The notes under the pieces: generated by a model
Databases searched by the model: none
What the model saw: only the letters and a program-made list of their open reading frames with translations
Told to the model about the DNA's origin: nothing
Made by a program: the position numbers and the translations under genes
Shown: positions 27,715 through 40,352 of the stretch, in pieces
How the letters are laid out: each line of letters opens with the position of its first letter
Numbering within the stretch: position 1 is the stretch's first letter
DNA from: Octopus vulgaris
Lineage: Eukaryota
NCBI GenBank assembly: GCA_951406725.2
Contig: OX597829.1
Location: 12,276,001-12,340,000 of the forward strand
Length of the DNA: 64,000 nucleotides
Reading direction: 5' to 3'

Positions 27715-27940
27715 ATTGATAGTAGAGTAATACCTAGAATTCCTGGGAAAATTCCTAGCTTAAGGATATATTTTTAACTGAATTATCGATGATAGTTTTT
27801 GCATGGTTACTGAAAATGCTGACATATTTAAGGTTAGTAGAAGGCTTATGGTAAGGGAAGTAAGAATTGCTATGCAGATTTAGGGTAACATCTAAGAAGT
27901 TAATTCGTCGTTCAGCTCCATTCTTTCATATATTTATAAA

Positions 27941-27979
<39 letters not shown>

Positions 27980-28002
27980 GCCATGTTTTAATTATATTCA
28001 GC

Positions 28003-28041
<39 letters not shown>

Positions 28042-28067
28042 CAGGCCATGTTTTAATTATATTCAGC

Positions 28068-28102
<35 letters not shown>

Positions 28103-28111
<9 letters not shown>

Positions 28112-28333
28112 AATAGTAAAAAGTGAAAAAACTACAGAAGGCTTGTTTTAAAAGGTTAAAAATATATATTTGAGTCAATATGTCTGAAGAATGTTATAAA
28201 TCGTTTTCTTACAATGACATAGTTTAGAAGAAATGACCGGTTTCGCGTTCAGCTTTTCAAATTTCTTACGTCGTTATGTTTATGTTGAGAAGAGCCTTCT
28301 GTAGTTTTTTCACTTTTTACTATTTTCTATATA
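28103..28333. mobile_element. 231-bp non-coding unit with 41-bp perfect terminal inverted repeats and an internal hammerhead
   Basis: tatatagaaaatagtaaaaagtgaaaaaactacagaaggct and its exact reverse complement at 28293-28333. Confidence 0.85.
28228..28267 (-). ncRNA. Minimal type-I hammerhead ribozyme, U3-A8 core variant
   Basis: Minus strand: aagaaat-TTGAAAA-GC(tgaac)GC-GAAAC-CG-GTC-atttctt; 7-bp perfect stem I. Confidence 0.8.
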
Positions 28334-28367
28334 TTCAACCACGTGCTTTCACAAACCAACTTTCTCA

Positions 28368-28444
<77 letters not shown>

Positions 28445-28820
28445 ATATGTATATATATATGTATACATATACATGTATATATGTATATATGTGTGTGTGT
28501 AAAGGATAACATAAATGGCCTGAGGTTTCAAACGAGATTTTTATTGACGAACAACTCAATTATATCATGTAGAAATAAACATTTTCCTCAGGTGCATTAA
28601 AATTTTGATAAGGCTTAACATGTAGGATTTTTTTAAAGGACTTTTTACACGAAGGGTATAGAATACATATTGACTCTGTCATCTCGGTGCCGGTTGAAAT
28701 AGTCAATATGCAGTTTAGATAGTGTTTACTTTTTTACATAATGTAATCGATTTGTTCATCATTAGAAAATACACATGAAACAGCTTCAGTGAACCTCGAC
28801 CCATTTCTGGCATTAGATTA

Positions 28821-28906
28821 ACTGTGTACGAGTTTCGAAATTAGATAGATATGAAAAATGCAAGAATCGCATTTCCATTCTAATCCTTTTTCTCATCAGC
28901 AGAGTA
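28821..28906 (-). ncRNA. Hammerhead ribozyme, canonical core, extended stem II
   Basis: Minus strand: actctg-CTGATGA-GAAA..ATTAGA.ATGGAAATGC(gattctt)GCATTTTTCAT..TCTAAT-TTC-GAAAC-TC-GTA-cacagt. Confidence 0.75.
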
Positions 28907-28999
28907 TTTCCATATATTTTAGATTTGGCAGCACTGAAAAAACCTGAGCATACCTATCTGATTCCAGTAACATCAGACAAATTATATCCATGACCAGTA

Positions 29000-29099
<100 letters not shown>

Positions 29100-29632
29100 C
29101 AACGGGAACATTCAACGGCATTGGAAAGCATAATGATTAAATTTGTAATTGAGAAAAAGTTACCTGATATAGAGGACTCGAAGCCATCTGCATATTGGAT
29201 GTTACTTGTATCATGATGACTTGCGCCGGGAATCGTAGTGACTTCTGCTCAATGCTTTATGATCACTGGAAAGGCTGTGCGACAGCTGAAACGAAGACTA
29301 CGAAGTGCTGGCCAACTGGAAAGAACACAGCAAGCGTTCTGACTGTGTACGCACGTCCGATTCCAGCCTCACATCTTTGAGCAGGGCCACAGATTCAATT
29401 CAGATGGCTTAGGTAGCTTTTTGAGACAGTTGTCAATCCCTGGCTGGAGAAGGTTGCTGCTGAAGACCAGATGTGTGGGAACAGGATTCAGGTCCTTGCC
29501 AAACTTCGGAAAGAATGGGGAGCTTTTGGAGACGGATGTTTAAACACTAACGATGGGAAACAGCTGAGTCGAGGGCAAAAAAACAAGTACGCACGCGTGT
29601 AGAAATATATACATACATGCATATATATATAT

Positions 29633-29667
<35 letters not shown>

Positions 29668-30199
29668 AGGGCGGGAAAGAACATGAGAAGCATTAAAACG
29701 GTTGATGTCAAATATCAGCGTTTATTCGGAGACACCAGATAGGTGTATCATATCTATTTTTTCCAACTTGACAACGGCAGTCCAGTACCAATTCTAAGGT
29801 GAACGATAGAATATGAACAATATAGATGACGTAGCTAGAGTAACGGAACTATTCTTCAGAATTCTTTATATTAGGAATATATTGTCATCTGTATTATACT
29901 TACTGTGAGTGGCAAATATGTGGATATAGTCCATCAGTTGACAATTAGTTCCGCAATCAATTTTGCACTTGCCAAATGCATTGTTTGGCCGTTTTTTAAT
30001 TCCTAACTGTCCTGCATCTAGAAACTCTTTAAGAAAGTCCAATTTCCGGATATTCTTGATTCCTAAAAGTTATGAGCATTTTGAGAGTCTGCCATAGATT
30101 TCTAGCCAAGAATTCTCACACAATGAAACAAAAAAAATTATGTTCCTGTTGCAACGAGTTCTTACTTTTGTAGTAAAGTGATTTAAAACGGAATAAAAG

Positions 30200-31320
30200 T
30201 GGCGAAGATAATCCTTTCCACTATAGGCGTAAGACCTGAAATCTTAGGGAAGGGAACCAGTCGATTACATCGACCCCAATGCGTAGCTGGGATTTAATTT
30301 ATCGACCCCTAAAAGATGAAAGGCAAAGTCGACTCCGGTGGCATTTGAACTCGGTACGTGAAGACAGAGAAAACACTGCGAAGCATTTCGCACGGCGTGC
30401 TAACGATTCTGCCACCTCACCACCTTGAAAGTACCGAAGAAAAAGAAAAATTTAAAAACTGTTTTAGTATTTTTTACCTTTTACCTGTTTCAATCATTAG
30501 TGTACGGCCATGCTGGAGTACCGTTATGAATGGTCTTAGTCGAACAAATTGATTCCAGGTGGTATTTTTAAGCCTATATATATTTTATATTTTACTTGTT
30601 TCAGTCAATAAACTTCGGTCATGCAGGGCTACCACCTTGAAGAAGTTTTAGTCGAATCAATCGACCCCAGTACTTAGGCCTGGTTCTTAAGTTACAGGGA
30701 TGTAAACACATGAACATAGGTTATCAAACGGTGGTGAGAGGCAAATACACACACACACACATTGTTATATTTCGGGATGGTTATTTTCGCTTTGCCAAAT
30801 AACACACACTACATATCCATTTTTCACTCATTTATTATTGCTCTTATTTTATCTTATGTCCATTGTCTGGAAATCTTTCGTCACTCATCTGTGACCTCTA
30901 CAGCCACCGTTTCTATCCACATGTATCCTCCTTCTCTGCCGAGGCAAAAGTAGAAGACATTTGCCCAAGGTGCCACGCAGTGTTACTGAACCCGGAACTA
31001 TGTGGGTGGGGAGCAAGCTTCTTACTACAAACCCACATCTGGGTAAAATCTAATTCAACGTATCCACGTTGCGGCTCGAATGTCATAAAACTCTCTTAAG
31101 CGTTTCTATAATATTTAAATCATTTAGATATTAATTTAATATTAAATTCAAATTTTGGCATCAGACCAGCAATTCCAGGAGAGTGGTAAGTCAATCACAT
31201 CGACCCCCAGTGCTTAACTGGTATTTATTTTATCGACTCTGAAAGGATGAAAAGCAAAGTCTACCTCGGCGGAATTTGAACTCAGAACGTAAAAACGAAC
31301 GAAATGCCTCTAAGCGTATT
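30200..31320. mobile_element. Cluster of SINE-like repeat fragments
   Basis: Repeated blocks atcgacccc...aaggatgaaaggcaaagtcgac...ggatttgaactc (30250-30430, 31190-31310) and the ttttacttgtttcagtc.../cccaaggtgccacgcagt family. Confidence 0.7.
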
Positions 31321-32409
31321 AATTTAATTTTAATATTAACACATATACATGGAATTGAACTCTATACCACAATACATGGAATAGAACTTTATACCACAAT
31401 GCTAACATTTCAAGTTAATCTTTCACAAAGTATTTCATGTTTTTTTCTGTATTTCCGCCATCTTTGAATGTAATATTGAATAATATAAAAATAAAGAATA
31501 AACATTAAGCAAAAAAGAAAAAAGAACTTATGCCGGGAATAAGAGAACGTATGTCTTTGCTGCCAGGCAGATTTTCAAGTTATCCCGTATTTTGCTAAAA
31601 GCGATAGGCCTGGCTTTTCCTTGCTCATCCTTTGAGTACTGTAAAGTAATAGAGATTTCATTAGTGAACGGAAATAATACGGAGCTTGGCTCATGAAGTC
31701 AAAAATCGAACGTGTTTTTTATATTAGCGGTACTATTACCACGACCACCATCTGGTGGGCAGTATGCTTGAAAACTATCCAGTTCTTGTACACCAGAATT
31801 AAAGATTATCTACTAAGTCTTTCTCTCGAGGTTTGCTGTATTCATGAAGTCACGCACCGGTGATGCCGCGTCTGCCGTTGTTATGGAAACGTTTTAGGCT
31901 GGTACATAGTTGCCATTGATTAAGTCGCCGTTGCTATTGTTTGAGTTGGACAAGCTCAATATGAAGATAAAGGTGGGGAGAGGAGTTTGTCTGCCAATAC
32001 AGACTTTCGTATTAGAACCAATCCTTGGTTGTGAATACTCACTGGCTATGAGAGTCTCCGACACATAATTGGCAACGCACTACGGCTACATTTAGAGATT
32101 TTATTGTAGGCAGATCTCTGCTAATGCTCTCTTTTTGCTTATGTAAACTTTGCACTGTCGATCTATTAATGTTTTGGAAGACGTAATGGTTCCGGAAAAC
32201 TCAAGATGCTTGAGGGGGTGGGAAAAACAAAAAGAAAAAAAATCTGGGCAAACAGCTACTGAAAAGATGCAGAGTAAGGATGAGAGGGAAATGAGTGGTC
32301 GATAACAGCTGGTAGCGAGGGAGTGGGAAGCGAAAAGAAGGAAATGAATAGGAAAGAGCGCGTGTGTATGGGCGAATGTATATGCATGCATGCACGCGTG
32401 CGTGTGTGT

Positions 32410-32514
32410 GAGATAGATAGATAGCTAGACGGATGGATGGCTAGCTAGATACATAAATAGGTAGGTAGGTAGGTAGATAGAGAGATAGATAGACAAGCAA
32501 ACAGACAGACAGAC

Positions 32515-32549
<35 letters not shown>

Positions 32550-32571
32550 TAGATAGATAGATAGATAGATT

Positions 32572-32629
<58 letters not shown>

Positions 32630-32658
32630 AATAGATAGACAGTCTGACAGTCAGATAG

Positions 32659-32693
<35 letters not shown>

Positions 32694-32740
32694 GAGATAG
32701 AGAGAAAGAGAGAGAGGGGGAGAGAGAGAGAGAGAGAGTA
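32410..32740. repeat. Compound (GATA)n/(TA)n/(GA)n microsatellite
   Basis: Direct reading. Confidence 0.95.
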
Positions 32741-33504
32741 GTAGTATAGAGTTTTGCAGCTGATTCTGAATATAAAACAAAGGAAATAGGAAAGAGAGAT
32801 GGAGGAGAAAAGTAAAAGAGAGATAGAGAGGTTGTTATGGCAGAAGAAAGAAAAAGAAGTGTAAAGTGAGAGGGTAGAAGAAAATGCAGGCTAGCTAAGT
32901 GTTACTATATGGGTACCTTTTTTATGTGACAATAAGTGTTTGTGCTAATTAAGGAGGTGAACTGGAAGAAGCGTTAGCACACCGCACAAAATGCTTGGGA
33001 ACATTTCGTCCAACTCTACTTCCCGGATTCAAATTTTGCTGAGGCTGACTTTGTGCTCCATCCTCTCGGGTCCGATAAAATAAGTACCAGTTGAACACTG
33101 GTAAACACATCCATAACGATTGTCAATTGGCAGTGGGGTAAAATATTACACACTTACACAACGGGCTTGTTTCCGTTTTCTACATCTACTCACAACGCTT
33201 TGTTAAAGTCTCAGGCTAGAGTAGAAAACACCTTCTCAAGGTGCCACGCAGTAAAACTGAACCTAAAACCATATGGTTCTTGCCACGTCTGCGCCTATAT
33301 GTGCACAAAAATGTGAGAAAAAGAGAGAGAGAATTAGAGAGAGAGGAGGAGTTAGAGAGAGTAGGAGAAAAGTTTGAAATAGAAGGGCATAGCAGGGAAA
33401 GTGAAAGAGATACGTGACAGAATGACAATGGTAGCGAATGGGAATGAGTATAGGGATAAGATATGAGGTGAGTATAGGGATAAGATATGAGGTGAGATAG
33501 AGAT

Positions 33505-33543
<39 letters not shown>

Positions 33544-34199
33544 TAAGGGGAAGTGGCAGAAAGGGAGAGAGAAGGGGGCGAGAGAATATACTATTAATAA
33601 AGTAGAAGACAAAACGAAAACTGTGACAAGGAAAGGAATGTAAGGAGGTATATGACAATGTGTTCGTGTGTATATATACACACAAACAGACACACACATA
33701 CATTCGTTTATCATTCACCATTTGCTTCTTTCAGTCGTTAGACTGCAGCCTTTCGGAGGCACCACTTCGAAAAAAATTTAGTGGAATGAACCGACCCCTG
33801 TTTTATTTTGATATTTTACTTACTTATTCTATTGGTCTTTTTTGCCGAACCGCTAAGTTACAGGGACGTAAACACACAGGCACTGGGTCACAAGCGGTGA
33901 GGGGGACGAACAAACACAAATATGTAAATGAGGGAGGAAAGAGGAAAAACGAAAGAAAGAGAGAAAGAAAGTTACGCAGACAGATAATCACACATGCGTG
34001 TGTGTGTGTGTCTATGTGTGTCTGTGTGTGTATGTATACGACAAGCTTTTTCCACTTTTCGTTTGAAAAATCCACTCAGAAGGCTGTGGTTGGCACGAAA
34101 CTATTGTAGAAGATACTTGCTTCAGGTGCCACGCAGTGTCATGTGGTCGGGAAGCAAGCGTCTTACCACAGAGCCATCTTTTTGGTAATTGACCTTTGG

Positions 34200-34510
34200 G
34201 GTGCTTCAACTTTCATGAAGCTTTGTTTCGTGTGGGGAGACCACTGTGAACAACAGTATTCAAGGTAGAGTCGAGAAAGAGTGGAGAAGAGAAGGATAAT
34301 GGTGTGGATATTTCTCGACTGGAAAGTTCGACATTGCTGTTTATGTGAGTAGCCCCACTTATGTAGTTGTCTACAATTACTCCCAAGTGACTAATATTGG
34401 TAGATGCTACGAGAGTATCTCCTGAAGGAAGGGAGTATGGGAGTTTCAGGGTATCCCCTTCTAAGTGGATAACTCAAATTTGTCCTTGTTTAGCAGCATA
34501 TTGTTGTTTT
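34200..34510 (-). mobile_element. Short decayed CR1/L2-like RT fragment
   Basis: Minus translation ..SHLGVIVDNYISGATHI.. resembles the (R/K)DLGVIVD..LSW..HI motif. Confidence 0.45.
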
Positions 34511-34679
34511 CCGCCCATTGGGTAACAGCCAGTAGGTCAACTATATATAAATATATATACATATATATTATATATAAGATATGTGTGAGCGCTTTCGAAT
34601 ATGATAGGTTAGAGAAGAATTTATGTAGATTCTGTCTAGTTCTTTCTAAGGAGGATTTATTTATGATTATAGTAACTAA

Positions 34680-37050
34680 CTAGCAGAATTGCCCGGCGAT
34701 GCTCGGGGCTGAATTGCTTGAAAGTACTGTTAATGATTGCACAGAATTATGATGATTATTCAGGCAAATATTGATATAAGTTTACAGCGAATGAATGTAT
34801 TTGTAAGTGTATAGAAAGCCGTGTAAAGGGGTTCCTACCCCCTCGTAGAATGGTGTAAGAATTGAATGCGAGGTTGCCTTGAAAAGAGCCATGTTATTGT
34901 TCTCATAATTGTAAGAATTTGATAGACGTGGAAGGCGGTGTAAAACGTTCGCAGGTGAATAGGGTCTCTTCGTTTTCCACGAACGGCAGCGGATGTGCTG
35001 TTACAAAACTTCATGCTGTGTTAAAAGAGAATGGATGCCTTATGTAGGCAAGAGGGGAATGAAGCATGGGTAAGTAAGTATGGGTAATTTATAAAAGATA
35101 GAACAATAGCATCTACTCACTATATGTCAGACCGGCAAGACTGTAGTGGTGCTGAATAGATGAATCACAACACAGTGGTGGAGATGTTTTCATTGATGGG
35201 CGTTATGATTAAATTTGTTGTATAAAATGATCTGTTGCTTAGTTTCCAAAGTGTATGTTGCGATCGTGTTGTCGCTTATGTAAACTTTAACAGTGAGAGT
35301 GTAGCTGTAGGGGGTAGATGTGTCATGTACGTTGGATATAGAAGATGAGGCTGGTGGTTTGATGATGAATGGATAGAAAAAAAAGGTAAGCGAAGGACAG
35401 GTGTTGGTTAAGTGTGAATTAATGTCATGAAACGCCTAAAAATGTAAATGCCATCATAAAAGAGAGTCGTATGTAAGTGAAATACTAACGTGTTCGAAAA
35501 TGATGAAACGTAGTAATCCTATAAAACCTCCTTGTACACAATGTTTTTTGTTTTTCGTTGTGGAACGAATACGAAAGCATCACTGTTGCTGCCGACACGC
35601 GAGCAGGCAACATAAAGCTGACCATGAGAGAAACATGGCTCTCCCAAATGTATTCCCGCCACAGACAGTGTTTGACCCTGCGCTTTGTTAATTGACATTG
35701 CGAAACATGGCCTTACTGGGAACTGGGACCTCCGAAATATGAAAGGTAGGTCTGCTCCTGATAGGAAAAGATGCATCCTAGGTATGAGCACAACGTTGCC
35801 TCGACCGCACCCTGTGATAATGGTGGCCTCAATCAGATTGGGAGATAAGGACTTAACAATCAAACGTATGCCATTGCATTGTTTTGGGGGAACCAAATTT
35901 CTAATGAGCATTATAGGGGCACCAACTTTAAGTTTGAGAATGTGTGGTGGTAGTCCGGGGGGGCTCAAAGGAATTGAGTACCTCTATTGGATAGTTGATG
36001 ACGTCCTCTGGGTCAGGAGTTGTATTGATAGACCGATATACATAGACATCCCCAGGAATGAGTTTTAGTATTTCATCACTAATATGGTGAGCAGTTTTAT
36101 TCCTCGGGGCCAGAATAGCCCTTTGGCCAATCCAATCCATATTCTGATAATTAGCTTGTAGATCTGGGAACACTGCATCTCTGAGATCAGAAGGCGTTTT
36201 AACAATGGTACAAATGGAATCGATGGCAATATTACCATTTTCATCCCCTGGTATTTTGCCTTCGCCAAGTGCAAGGAGGGTGTGAGAACATGCTGCTGAT
36301 GTGATATCACGTCGCATATGAGCACGCATATTGGTGTGAAGTTTGAGAGTCTTCACCAGTGGCCATAATGTGGATGACTTAAGACACGCACTTACTGCAC
36401 CAGCTCTAGTCCCTTTGGGAATAACGGGAAGTGTTTGTCAGAAGTCCCCTGAAAGAAGAAGTGTTATGCCTCTCATGGGAGCTGAAGAGTGTTTGATGTC
36501 TCTGAGAGATTTTTCTAGTGCCTCAAGAGCACCTCTGTGGGCCATCGTGCATTCATCCCAAACGATAAGCTTGCATCGTCTGAAGACTTCTGCCTGATCG
36601 GAGCTGTTACTGATGTTGCAAGTTGGTGTGTCAATCTTCGCTAAGTCAAGCGGGAGCTTGAAAGTGGAGTGAGCTGTCCTGCCGCCTGGCAACAACGTAG
36701 CCGCAATTCCAGATGATGCCACAGCTAGGGCAATGCCTTGTGTTCGCTTAATATCAGCAAATATTAATTTGTTGACAAAAGTTTTCCCAGTGCCCCCCGG
36801 AGCGTCCAGGAAAAAAATCCCCCCCAGCTTTGGGCCGGACTGAATTAACAACGGGGTTGTAAGCGAACTTCTGTTCTGGAAGGAGCTTTGGCTCATTGTT
36901 GGCTATGTACTCGGCAAGGTCGTCAACATTAAAACATGTCTCACGCAGCAAATGTGAAGACACAGTGTTTGTGTCTTGCCGGTTTGTTGAAGGTAGGCCA
37001 TAGACCGGCAAGGCACTACCGCCCATATCAAGTACAGTATCTTCGAAGGT
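34680..37050 (-). mobile_element. Helitron 3' portion: PIF1-like helicase of RepHel (frameshifted), 3' UTR, hairpin and CTAG end
   Basis: [112 protein letters not shown]; minus end cccgagcatcgccggg-caattctg-CTAG-t. Confidence 0.95.
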
Positions 37051-37689
37051 AGTTTGTTACCACACAGTCACACCTGCCCCTATGTATGTGTGTGTGTGCG
37101 TATGTGTGTATGGGTAGATATATTATGTATGTATATATATATGTGTACATATTATATGTATATCTATATATATACATCTACACATAAAATACAAAATACA
37201 AAGTTATATCTTGATATCGCTAGCGATAACAATGCTCAAAATATATAAAAGACTGGAATTGTAGGCCTGTCTCTTGTAATTTCGATCAATTGGACCTTGT
37301 CCTCCCTCTTGTATAGAAGTGTACGGCTGCAGCGAAATTTATTTTTGGACTTTCTTCTATCGAAGGCATTTTAACAAAAATGCTTCCGTAAAGACGGTGA
37401 AAATATTGTCGATTTCCCCAAACAGGGACACAATTCAATTTTTAAACAATAACCAAAGCCCCTTCTCCGAAAGGGGGAGGGTTACGGTTTACAATTATTT
37501 AATAAATGCAACACAACAACGTTTCCCTGACGAGGAACCATCAAACGTGATTACAATAGTCAAACAGTAATAATAATAACAACAAACCTTTTTAATTTAT
37601 CCCCATTTATGTGAAACCACTTATTCAAGTTCAAGTCATGGATGCAATTTTATACGAATTGCTAATACACACACACACACACATAATAA

Positions 37690-38930
37690 GGGTGAAAAAT
37701 TGAATATTAATTTGATTAATATGAATTGAAAACCAGTGGTGTAGCATATAAGACCATAGCGGATCTTCCTCTAGCAAAAAGGATGACTAGTATTAATGGC
37801 TCATCCCTGTTATATAATACTTTCACTTTATTAGTTTCACACTTGCAAAGAGAAAGTAGGAGAAAGTGTGGTGGTAATAGCAGGAGTAAACCACTTGAAA
37901 TGAGAGAGGTAAATCGTAAAATATTAAGTTTTCTCGAATTTTTGCTTAATTGGGGGTCAAATTGAAAAAACATTACATGCCATGACCCAATCAAATCTAC
38001 TTGGAAAAATCATAGGTAAATTCCAATTGAAGAAATTCTATATTGTAGAATTGTATTAAAAAGAAACATGGGAACAGGCAGAGAAAATCTGCCTTTTATC
38101 ATAAGAGATAAAGCGTCGTCCCTGCATAGGCCTTCCTTGATGTTATGGAAGTGTATGTGGAGCTGATGTATAGTCCAACTAATTCAGTAACCTGAGCTGA
38201 ATCAGAAGATCCCATGGTTATTTCGAATAGGTTGCTATGGTTGTTGCTTTGGCTATTGGCCCGGCACCAGAGTTTGCTTTCAAAAGAAATAAGGGTTTTG
38301 TGAGCATTAAGTATAATGTTAATTTCTAGTGGGGTTAGGTTAGTAAAGTTCCTAGCTAGAAGAGTTTGATTAAAGGGTTTAGGAGAAATAGAAGAGTAGC
38401 AATTATTTATGTCAAATTATAGAAAGGAATATGAGTCGTTGGTTTTTAGAAGATGGAACCATATAATAACTTCAGTGTGGGACCAAAGTTTAACGTTTAA
38501 TTTGTCCTTGATGATAGTTATTATTTTGTTCAAAACGTTTTTGCTTACTCTTCCTAGGTCGGATTTGGTGGGACATATTAAGCGTATTGAAGGTATGGTA
38601 ATAAAGTCCTTGTGATCCTTGAGATTAAAGTGTGAAGGTGCAGGGCAGTATGGTTCGGTTCGGTCATCCACTTGTAATTTCCTCATAAGTTTGCAGTGGT
38701 TGTTGATTTCATTCAGGGCAGATCTTGGGGCCAGCTTGTATGATTTGTTGAGTTCTTTACCTATGAATTTATTGTATTCCTTAATGGTAATGGGGTACAT
38801 ATTTCCTGTTTTGTCCGAGAAGACATGTGATATGGGGGATGGAATCATCCGTTTTATGGTGTTTGAAAGCTTTTATTGAAAGGGGGATTTGTATTTAGAG
38901 AATTTAATGTTTCTAATTAAATTAATGTTT
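37690..38930 (-). mobile_element. Naiad-type PLE RT relic, internally deleted
   Basis: ORF 38417-38848 SDKTGNMY..LKDHKDF..IRLICPTKSDLGRVSK; FEITMGSSDSAQVTELVG at ~38175-38227. Confidence 0.8.
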
Positions 38931-38934
38931 CGTT

Positions 38935-39200
38935 TTTGGATTTAATTTGCAAGATTCTTTATATGAGTTCGTGAGTTGAAGAATATTCTGTTGTGTCTGG
39001 GGAGAGTCGTTTTCTTTTTGTGCCTTATAATGTAACACTCGCCGGTAAAATTTCCACTTTTTTCTTATTTTTATTTTCCTAAAATTTTCGTCGCGTCTTG
39101 CAGCCTTTTCAATAGTCTTGACTATTTTACCGGTGAGTGTGTTACATTATAAGGCACAAAAAGAAAATGACTCTCCCCAAACACAACAGAATTATATTAA
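38935..39200. mobile_element. pLTR-like fold-back unit with ~67-bp inverted arms
   Basis: attctgttgtg...ttataatgtaacactcgccggtaaaat versus attttaccggtgagtgtgttacattataa...cacaacagaat. Confidence 0.75.
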
Positions 39201-39502
39201 TCATATCCGCTTCAAAATTTTCGAGATGGGGGTTGTATGGAAGGTTCTTACATGATTTGAGGTTGTAGCTGTTATTATTGTCAGTTCTGCGTATAAACTC
39301 TATACTTGAAATTACCAATTTTAAATACTATTGGATATTACTCATAAGGTATTGGAATCTCATATGCATACCATTCTTCCAAAAAATGGATCTACAAACA
39401 CAACATCCCTACATATATCGCATCTATCTTCTTTTCTTTCCACCTCACTCTCTATTTTATATCTTATCTAAATTGACTATTTCTTAATCATCCTCTCGCA
39501 CA

Positions 39503-39550
39503 GTCTCCGATGAAGGGATACAATAAATATCATGGAAACAACTGTAAGAC
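39503..39550 (+). ncRNA. Hammerhead ribozyme, CCGAUGA (U4C) core
   Basis: gtct-CCGATGA-a-GGGATA(caataaa)TATCatg-GAAAC-AACT-GTA-agac; base of stem II imperfect. Confidence 0.6.
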
Positions 39551-39651
39551 ATTCTATCTATAAATGTTCTAAAATCTACACACCCTTGTTTTTTTTATCT
39601 CATTACGATATATATATATATATATATGATATAAATAATATATAAATATAT

Positions 39652-39720
<69 letters not shown>

Positions 39721-39722
<2 letters not shown>

Positions 39723-40352
39723 TAGATAAATGGTACAACAAGGCACCAATACTTACTGGAAAATAGCAATCGATATAAATACGGCGCTATACAATAGCGT
39801 CGTATTTATATCAATTGATATCTTCCAGTAAATATTGGTGACTTGTTGTACCATTTATCTACTTTTATATGTATAATTTTACCCTTATGGGGTTATCTTT
39901 TACTGGAAAGTAATATATTTGTATTGCATTATTATTTTCATTGAAACGTCTTCACTGTTCTCGCTCTTTTAACGTTTTGGCGTTCAGACGAGTGTATTGG
40001 CATTGATGTGGCAACGTCTGAAATTTAGGCTAGGTAAATGCAGCTGATGAAGACTAATCAAATTTACGTTGTCAAACGTATTTGAAAAGTTAGAAACCGA
40101 TTCTAGGTTGTCCATTTATCGAATGTTCTTCCTAGAGGTAAGACAAATTTCTTTCATATTTGTTGCATACACACATCTTTGCTAGTATATACGCAGTGAA
40201 GCTATACAATAGCGTCGTATTTATATCGATTGCTATTTTCCAGTAAATATGGTGCCTTGTACAATTTATCTGCTTTTATATGTATAATTTTACCCTTATG
40301 GGGCAATCTTTTACTGGAAAATAATACATTTGTATTGCATTATTATTTTCAT
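39721..40352. mobile_element. Non-autonomous PLE/retrozyme-like unit: inverted arm plus ~155-bp direct repeats around an HHR-like motif
   Basis: Hairpin 39721-39863; 39786-39940 repeated at 40201-40351; cag-CTGATGA..TCAAAT.TACGTT(gtca)AACGTATTTGA..GAAAC at 40041-40106. Confidence 0.7.

Larger units (their letters stand above)
26144..27938 (-). mobile_element. Naiad-type PLE 3' portion bounded by ~38-bp perfect inverted repeats
   Basis: GIY-YIG ORF inside; taaatatatgaaagaatggagctgaacgacgaattaac at left and its reverse complement at ~27899-27936; HHR in terminus. Confidence 0.85.

Noticed and set aside
35519-37026. Host PIF1 helicase gene
   Set aside because: Intronless, frameshifted and followed by a Helitron hairpin-CTAG end
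37525-37545. CTGACGA hammerhead box
   Set aside because: No downstream stem II-GAAA found
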